13,089 bases of DNA from the NCBI GenBank assembly GCA_050248615.1, contig JBFWSA010000001.1, forward strand, positions 1-13,089, written 5' to 3'. This document shows, piece by piece, positions 8,249-13,089 of this stretch (the stretch's first letter is position 1; every line of letters begins with the position of its first letter). Under the pieces are notes generated by a model. The model saw nothing but the letters and a program-made list of their open reading frames with translations, did no database searches and was not told where the DNA came from. The stretch comes from Simkaniaceae bacterium. GTDB taxonomy: Bacteria > Chlamydiota > Chlamydiia > Chlamydiales > Simkaniaceae. The translations under genes were made by a program, and so were the position numbers.

Positions 8249-8704
8249 ATGAAAATCATTCTCTACCGTCCTCAAATCCCTCAAAACACGGGAAATATCG
8301 TCCGCACATGCCATGCAACTGGCTGTGATCTTGTTCTTGTCCGTCCTCTAGGATTTAAAACCGATGATAAAAGCCTCAAACGGGCCGGACTCGACTACTG
8401 GGAAGGCGTTTCGGTTACTTTCATTGACAACTTAATGGAATATCTAGAAGGAGAGTCAGCCCCCTTCTACTTTTTCTCCAGCAAAGCCTCTCAAGTCTAT
8501 TCCGGTATTCCCTATTCAGAAAACTGCACCCTGATTTTTGGCTCTGAAGTTTCAGGACTCCCCCCTCAGTTTTTCGAAAAATGGCCAGAAAAATTCCTCA
8601 CGATTCCTATGCGAAAAAATAGCCGCTGTCTCAATCTCTCTAATACCGTTGCCATTGCTGTCTATGAAGCCCTCAAAGGGCAAAATTTTTCCCCATTGCT
8701 CTAA
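8249..8704 (+). CDS. trmL: tRNA (cytidine/uridine(34)-2'-O)-methyltransferase, SPOUT family (TrmL/YibK)
   Basis: MKIILYRPQIPQNTGNIVRTC, LKRAGLDYW, FGSEVSGLP, IPM...RCLNLSNTVAIAVYEA. The true start is ATG 8249 (151 aa), not the TTG at 8219. Confidence 0.96.
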   Translation: MKIILYRPQIPQNTGNIVRTCHATGCDLVLVRPLGFKTDDKSLKRAGLDYWEGVSVTFIDNLMEYLEGESAPFYFFSSKASQVYSGIPYSENCTLIFGSEVSGLPPQFFEKWPEKFLTIPMRKNSRCLNLSNTVAIAVYEALKGQNFSPLL

Positions 8705-8718
8705 CTCCCCACTTCTAT

Positions 8719-8746
8719 TTTTAAACACCTTTAGCTATATACACAA
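8719..8746 (-). repeat. Solo terminal fragment related to palindromic element C
   Basis: The reverse complement of 8719-8739 (tatagctaaaggtgtttaaaa) matches 12904-12924 (tatagctagagttgtttaaaa) at 19/21. The flanking ttgtg also matches 12899-12903, with one extra TA. Confidence 0.55.
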
Positions 8747-8748
8747 GT

Positions 8749-9972
8749 ATGAGACCCTTAAGCCGCACACTCATCCTGACACTCTATGCCATCTACATTT
8801 TAGATCTGATGGGACTCGTTTTCGTGTATGTTGTCATTCCTCCTCTCCTTCTCGATCCCCATGCTTCTATGGTCTCTTCAACTCTCTCCCTATCCTCACG
8901 CAATATTTTAATTGGACTCCTTGTAGCAACCTATCCTTTCGCCCAGTTTTTTGCAGCCCCCACTTTGGGAGATCTCTCTGATCGTTTAGGACGGCGCAGC
9001 ATCTTGCTATTGTCCACTCTCGGAACCGCTCTCATGTTTATCCTATCAGGTCTCTCGATTGTTTTAGGGAGTGTGACCCTCTTATTTATCAGTCGGTTCT
9101 TAGCAGGGATCTTTGCTGGAAACTTAACGGTTACGCAAGCAACAGTCGGGGAAGCTATTGAAGAAAAAGTGCGGGGACAATACATGGCAGCCTTTTCACT
9201 TGTTGGAGGATTTTCTTGGACCGTAGGCCCTTTTATTGCAGCCCTCCTATCAGACCGCACCCTTTGCCCCTTCTTTGACTTTGCTACCCCCTTCTACTTC
9301 TTAGGGATTGCCTTTTTAGTAAGTGCGATTCTTCTGATTCCGATGCCCAAAAATACCAATGTCAAGCCTGGGACAAAACTCGATCTTCACAAAGTTGCTA
9401 AAAACCTTTTGATTCCCTTTAATGTTTCCAAAGTGGCCACTCCCCTTGTCATTTCCATAATAACCATGTTTGGATGGATGATGTATCAGGGATATCTAGC
9501 CCCCTACCTCATTGAAAAGTTTCAGTTTTCAGAACGTTTAGAAGGCTATGCCTATGCCGTCTCCTCTTTTGCCTGGCTTTTGGGAGGTTTAGCAGCTACA
9601 GGATGGGTATTAAAACATTTTAATGCCCTTAAATCGGCAACCCTTCCCTTAATCCTTTCAGGGTTATCTGTCTTTTGCTACCTTTTCGCCTACCACTCCA
9701 CTGCGATCTGGATCATTGTGGTAGGAGCGAACTTTACCCAATCCATTGCCACAGGATGCTTCTTTGGTATGTTTGCCCTTCTTGTTCCCGGGAATCATCA
9801 AGGAAAAGTTTTTGGAGCCTGGAATGCTGGATTTGCCCTTGCCTCAGCTTTAGGCCCTATCCTTTCAGGATGGCTCGTAAACATTCATCTTTTTCTCCCC
9901 TTCCTTATAGCTTCGCTCATCTTGCTCATCTCTTCCCTCTACTATTGGCGCTGGCAAACCAAAAATACCTGA
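8749..9972 (+). CDS. MFS transporter, DHA1/TetA-like drug:H+ antiporter family
   Basis: 407 aa with about 12 hydrophobic segments. It has an Asp in TM1 (ILDLMG), motif A GDLSDRLGRRSILL, motif B SRFLAG, a motif C-like GGFSWTVGPFIAA and a C-terminal ASALGPILSG. Confidence 0.92.
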   Translation: MRPLSRTLILTLYAIYILDLMGLVFVYVVIPPLLLDPHASMVSSTLSLSSRNILIGLLVATYPFAQFFAAPTLGDLSDRLGRRSILLLSTLGTALMFILSGLSIVLGSVTLLFISRFLAGIFAGNLTVTQATVGEAIEEKVRGQYMAAFSLVGGFSWTVGPFIAALLSDRTLCPFFDFATPFYFLGIAFLVSAILLIPMPKNTNVKPGTKLDLHKVAKNLLIPFNVSKVATPLVISIITMFGWMMYQGYLAPYLIEKFQFSERLEGYAYAVSSFAWLLGGLAATGWVLKHFNALKSATLPLILSGLSVFCYLFAYHSTAIWIIVVGANFTQSIATGCFFGMFALLVPGNHQGKVFGAWNAGFALASALGPILSGWLVNIHLFLPFLIASLILLISSLYYWRWQTKNT

Positions 9973-9984
9973 ATCCTTCCGCTC

Positions 9985-10055
9985 ATGACCCTATCCCAAA
10001 TTAAAGGATATATTTGATTTCTTGGGTTTTTGAGTATAATTTGGGGTAGGTTCAT
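9985..10055. repeat. Inverted repeat at the convergent junction (bidirectional terminator or element remnant)
   Basis: atgaccctatcccaaatta (9985-10003) pairs with taatttggggtaggttcat (10037-10055) at 17/19. It overlaps the stop of the 103-aa gene, and the tttgagtataat motif (10029-10040) spans the loop and right arm. Confidence 0.7.
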
Positions 10056-10363
10056 AGCTTAAACGCAAGCATAATCATGTAATAAATCAGGATCATTCCA
10101 ATGAAAAGACAAGCCCCCTCTTTCTTACTTGATTTTGGAAAGTATTTTTTCATCGAAGGAATAGAGAAAATAAAGAGTAAAATAGTGGTTATTCCTACAC
10201 ATCTCTCCACATTTGAAAGCTTAATAGAAAGCTCGGAGTAATGAATAAGTAAAATAGAGTTGACTAGTCTAAGCCCAACAGCCACTCCCAAAACCATAAA
10301 CAACAATAATGGAAAGACATAAGAAACTTTAGCTTTCTCTAAAATGCTAATATTTTTTTCCAT
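10052..10363 (-). CDS. Small membrane protein, 103 aa, about 3 TM helices
   Basis: Three hydrophobic segments (YVFPLLLFMVLGVAVGL..., CVGITTILLFIFSIP, ACLFIGMILIYYMIMLAF) and a Lys-rich loop. ATG 10363-10361 overlaps the upstream TGA (TGATG), with GGAG just upstream, so it is preferred over TTG 10375. Confidence 0.8.
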   Translation of the reverse strand: MEKNISILEKAKVSYVFPLLLFMVLGVAVGLRLVNSILLIHYSELSIKLSNVERCVGITTILLFIFSIPSMKKYFPKSSKKEGACLFIGMILIYYMIMLAFKL

Positions 10364-11259
10364 CAAAAACTCCAATTATAACCTACTTGAAATGCAGGAC
10401 CTCCATCAGGCCCAGCTTTAACATCCACAAACCATTGAGAAAAATCCAGTAAATGTTCTGGAGGTTTTTCAACCCAATGTAACTCAGGCTTATAACCTTC
10501 TTGCTCACATTTTTTGAATGATGCGCTAGTATTAGCCTCCACCATTTCGTTATACTGTTGAACAATGCTAAAGTAATCAGAGTTGTTTTTCTCTAAATCT
10601 TCCCAGATGATTTTAATTTTATCATAGTCTCCCTGAAGCCTTGCTAACTGTAACGAAACTATTCCAACCCCAGTTAAAAAAACTATACCATTTGTTGTAG
10701 CAACTGAAATAGCACCTAACGCAATAATCCCAGTATCATAAATGATATTTCTCATCTCTAATGGGAGCATTTTAATATTAGCTTCATTCTCTCGAAGAAA
10801 TTTTTCTCTTTGTAGTTCTAATTCTTGACGTTTCTGATCCATGGTTTCTTTAGAATAGATAAGATTAGGATAGCGCTGTTCCATGGCGAGGCGATTTGCC
10901 TCTTGCAACAAGAGCTTATCCTCAGCAGACATGTTTTCCCATTCATTTTTTGCTTTTTCAAAGTCCTCAAGAGCTTTTTCCTGTTCTTTACACTTTTCGT
11001 CCTAATGAGAATTAATTTTCCTTTCTACCCAATTTTCAAACTTGCATATTTGATCTCCCCAGTTCCACGGACACCAAGCCGAATCCGTCCACTTTAAAGA
11101 AACATTTCGATCTTCAAGTTTTGTTTGAGTATAAAGAAAAGAAATTGTGTCAACATACCTGTTTTGACTTTGCTGAAGAGTAGGCTGAAAGTTCTTTTCT
11201 TCCTCTAAGCCCTTTGCAATTATTTCACAGACGGGATCCCCAACGCATTCTATTTCCAT
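10363..11259 (-). pseudogene. ~298-codon coiled-coil/hydrophobic-hairpin protein gene interrupted by one in-frame TAG (joins track ORFs 11002-11283 and 10363-10932)
   Basis: After ...RKINSH-TAG (11004-11002) the same frame continues with no stop as DEKCKEQEKALEDFEKAKNEWEN into MSAEDK (10932). The likely start is ATG 11259, with AAGGA 8 nt upstream. Confidence 0.75.
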
Positions 11260-11320
11260 AGCAAGATTCCTTTTTACCTCCAATCTTTTACAATTTCTTT
11301 AAAATAGGTCGAGATTTTGT

Positions 11321-11527
11321 TTAACGACGGGCAAAGACAAAAAGTAACACAGATAAGAAAAAGCTAAAGATAATGGATGTTGTGAGGGGAACATAGATAC
11401 GTGTTCCACTCCACTCTAGAGAAAAATCCCCTGGAAGATGGCCAATCCAATTCAGGGGAACTTTAAGGGTAATCAGCGTGCCGATTAAGATAAGGCAGAT
11501 ACCCATTAAAATAATCAACCTACCCAT
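11321..11527 (-). CDS. DUF2905-family small membrane protein
   Basis: 68 aa with two hydrophobic helices flanking the signature G(H/R)LPGD...IYVPLTTSII. Confidence 0.88.
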   Translation of the reverse strand: MGRLIILMGICLILIGTLITLKVPLNWIGHLPGDFSLEWSGTRIYVPLTTSIIFSFFLSVLLFVFARR

Positions 11528-11533
11528 ATTAAC

Positions 11534-11851
11534 CTATGAAAGGGCAAAGTCTTTAACAGCTGCCGCATCACGGAGCCCTACCAAACGGTTAGCTTCTTCC
11601 CCATTTTTGAATAGAATCAGAGTGGGTACAGAGGTGACATGATGGGTTTTTGCTGTGATGTGATTCTTGTCGATATCGAGTTTTGCAAATTTTACTTTAC
11701 CCTTTAGCTGGGTCGCCACTTCCTTGAGAACAGGAGATAACATCCGGCAAGGGCCACACCACTCTGCATAAAAATCGACCAGAGTCACCCCTTCGCCCAC
11801 TAAACCTTCAAAACCTTTGTCATCTATTTCTATGATCGAGTCTTCAGCCAT
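11534..11851 (-). CDS. trxA: Thioredoxin
   Basis: VDFYAEWCGPCRM active site, SVPTLILFKNG, 105 aa, RBS AGGAGG upstream. Confidence 0.98.
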   Translation of the reverse strand: MAEDSIIEIDDKGFEGLVGEGVTLVDFYAEWCGPCRMLSPVLKEVATQLKGKVKFAKLDIDKNHITAKTHHVTSVPTLILFKNGEEANRLVGLRDAAAVKDFALS

Positions 11852-11877
11852 TATGCCTCCTAATACCTAAACAATTT

Positions 11878-11906
11878 AGTGTAAAACATCCCCCGATTTA
11901 TTCCAA
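11878..11906 (-). promoter_or_regulatory. Putative sigma66/sigma70 promoter for trxA-DUF2905
   Basis: Minus strand TTGGAA (11906-11901), 17-nt spacer, TACACT (11883-11878). Confidence 0.55.
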
Positions 11907-11913
11907 TATCCTC

Positions 11914-11942
11914 TCGCAAAATTATTTAAGAACGGGTATTCT
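11914..11942 (+). promoter_or_regulatory. Possible divergent promoter for the 219-aa gene
   Basis: TCGCAA (11914-11919), 17-nt spacer, TATTCT (11937-11942). An AAAGGA RBS precedes ATG 11968. Confidence 0.35.
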
Positions 11943-11967
11943 TATCCCCTTTAAAAAAGGAATTATT

Positions 11968-12627
11968 ATGTTATCTGGAGTCTATACAATCCTTCAAAAA
12001 AATCCAGACCCTCTAGATTTAGTTTCCTATACAGGTTTGGGACTTCTATTCCTTCATACGAATTATCCGAAGAATCTAGAGCTATTTGGTTTTTCTTACC
12101 AGGAAATTTCCTCTACGCTTTCTTTAGTCAATCGCATTAATCTCATTGATACCGCTGTCGGCCTTTTTCAATATGGTTGTATGAAACTGCGATTTCAGGG
12201 AGAACCCCAAGAATTTAGCACTCTAGGCAAAATCCTCTATGTGGCTGCCTATGTTTGCGCAACCTTCGCAATTAACTGTACATTCCCCAGTTCTTCTCAA
12301 AACATGCCTTCTATTCATGATCCTGACAAGATCGTGATGATCCTAGGCTTCTTTAGCCTGACAGATGGGATTATTAGAGAAACCACTCGAAGAGCCTGGT
12401 TATCCTATCTTAAAAATGAAGAGCAAAGATTGGACCCAAACTCTTTAGATCTAGCTCAAAATATTATTCGTCAAGCCACATACCTCTACTCTGGTGAGGA
12501 AAAAAATACCCTCTTGAAACGTGCTTTAACTATTCATAAAAATGCTGCGCGTCTTCCCCTCCTGTATGAAGATAGCCGGAAAGCGCTCAACTCCCTTTTA
12601 AGAAAAGAGTGCTTCGATTACGTTTAG
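11968..12627 (+). CDS. Hypothetical protein, 219 aa, with moderately hydrophobic segments and a helical C-terminus
   Basis: Long ORF with an RBS. I recognise no domain. Confidence 0.8.
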   Translation: MLSGVYTILQKNPDPLDLVSYTGLGLLFLHTNYPKNLELFGFSYQEISSTLSLVNRINLIDTAVGLFQYGCMKLRFQGEPQEFSTLGKILYVAAYVCATFAINCTFPSSSQNMPSIHDPDKIVMILGFFSLTDGIIRETTRRAWLSYLKNEEQRLDPNSLDLAQNIIRQATYLYSGEEKNTLLKRALTIHKNAARLPLLYEDSRKALNSLLRKECFDYV

Positions 12628-12696
12628 AAAATAGGGAAGAGGTCTCTAAGAGGGTGTTTAAATAGTGCTTTCAGCATTGAAAAGAGAGATTTTTTC

Positions 12697-12861
12697 CTAG
12701 ATGGTGTCGTCATGAGATGGGCATTCAAGAAGTGGCTCCTATGAGGAAAGTTCAAGACGACCGATGGAGAAAGCCCAAATGGGGCTTTTGAAGCAGGTCA
12801 ACGATGAAATTTTCCATAGGAGTTGCTTAGGGAATGAGCAACTCATGACGACACTATCTAG
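12697..12861 (+). repeat. 165-bp imperfect palindromic element, element B
   Basis: ctagatggtgtcgtcatgag (12697-12716) pairs with ctcatgacgacactatctag (12842-12861) at 19/20. Inner stems are cattc/gaatg, aagtggctcctatg/cataggagttgctt, gacc/ggtc and a central aaagccc/gggcttt. Both ends are CTAG. Confidence 0.9.
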
Positions 12862-12903
12862 AGGATCTGTTTGGAGACCGGAGCAAACTTAGGAAAGTTT
12901 GTG

Positions 12904-13073
12904 TATAGCTAGAGTTGTTTAAAATTGGGATGATTTAGGAGAGATATTTTTGTTGGATTTTGGCTTCTTAAAATCGACAACATTGTCTAGCAGACAAGGA
13001 GAGATTTTAAGAAGTCGAATGACAACGGAAAGATCCACATAAATCATCCCAATTTTAAACAAATTGAGCTATA
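12904..13073 (+). repeat. 170-bp imperfect palindromic element, element C
   Basis: Ends are tatagct / agctata. Perfect 23-bp inverted repeat ttgtttaaaattgggatgattta (12915-12937) / taaatcatcccaattttaaacaa (13040-13062). Inner stem cttcttaaaatc/gattttaagaag and central ttgtct-agc-agacaa (12983-12997). Confidence 0.9.
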
Positions 13074-13089
13074 GGTCGAAAACGGATTC

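Noticed and set aside
4111..9260. Alternative-frame and antisense ORFs inside hisS, aspS, mip, trmL and the MFS gene (e.g. 5678-5935, 7451-7690, 8538-8981, 8931-9260)
   Set aside because: They are explained as shadows of well-supported genes.
8749..9972. Calling the MFS gene tetA
   Set aside because: The family motifs fit DHA1 generally, but substrate cannot be inferred and there is no adjacent tetR.
9675..11097. ORFs 9675-10004(+), 10383-10565(-) and 10825-11097(+)
   Set aside because: They are out-of-frame or antisense overlaps of the MFS gene and the amber-split gene.
11002..12627. Genome-wide TAG recoding
   Set aside because: trxA ends at canonical length with TAG, and the long housekeeping ORFs contain no internal TAG, so TAG works as a stop.

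Overview
This is a chlamydial chromosome segment, most likely from an environmental lineage such as Simkaniaceae; that placement is inferred from gene order and protein style. It carries the conserved Chlamydiae backbone dnaE(-), uhpC(-), hisS, aspS, mip, trmL and trxA(-). dnaE (1..1741, running off the left edge) is missing from the ORF track. Accessory material is interleaved: an unknown 204-aa gene before hisS; an MFS exporter, an AT-rich two-gene module and a DUF2905 gene between trmL and trxA; and an unknown 219-aa gene after trxA. Three observations stand out. (1) Three ~165-170 bp imperfect palindromes of different sequence but similar architecture (3905-4070, 12697-12861, 12904-13073) have non-Watson-Crick pairs that are mostly G-U or purine-purine on the + strand, and they come with smaller nested hairpins and solo end-fragments that share TA/TATA junctions. 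(2) The '93 aa' and '189 aa' ORFs are one ~298-codon reading frame split by a single in-frame TAG, and it is translationally coupled to a 3-TM membrane protein in a toxin/immunity- or Inc-like layout. (3) The DnaE PHP domain lacks 4 of the 9 canonical metal ligands, which suggests it has lost intrinsic proofreading.
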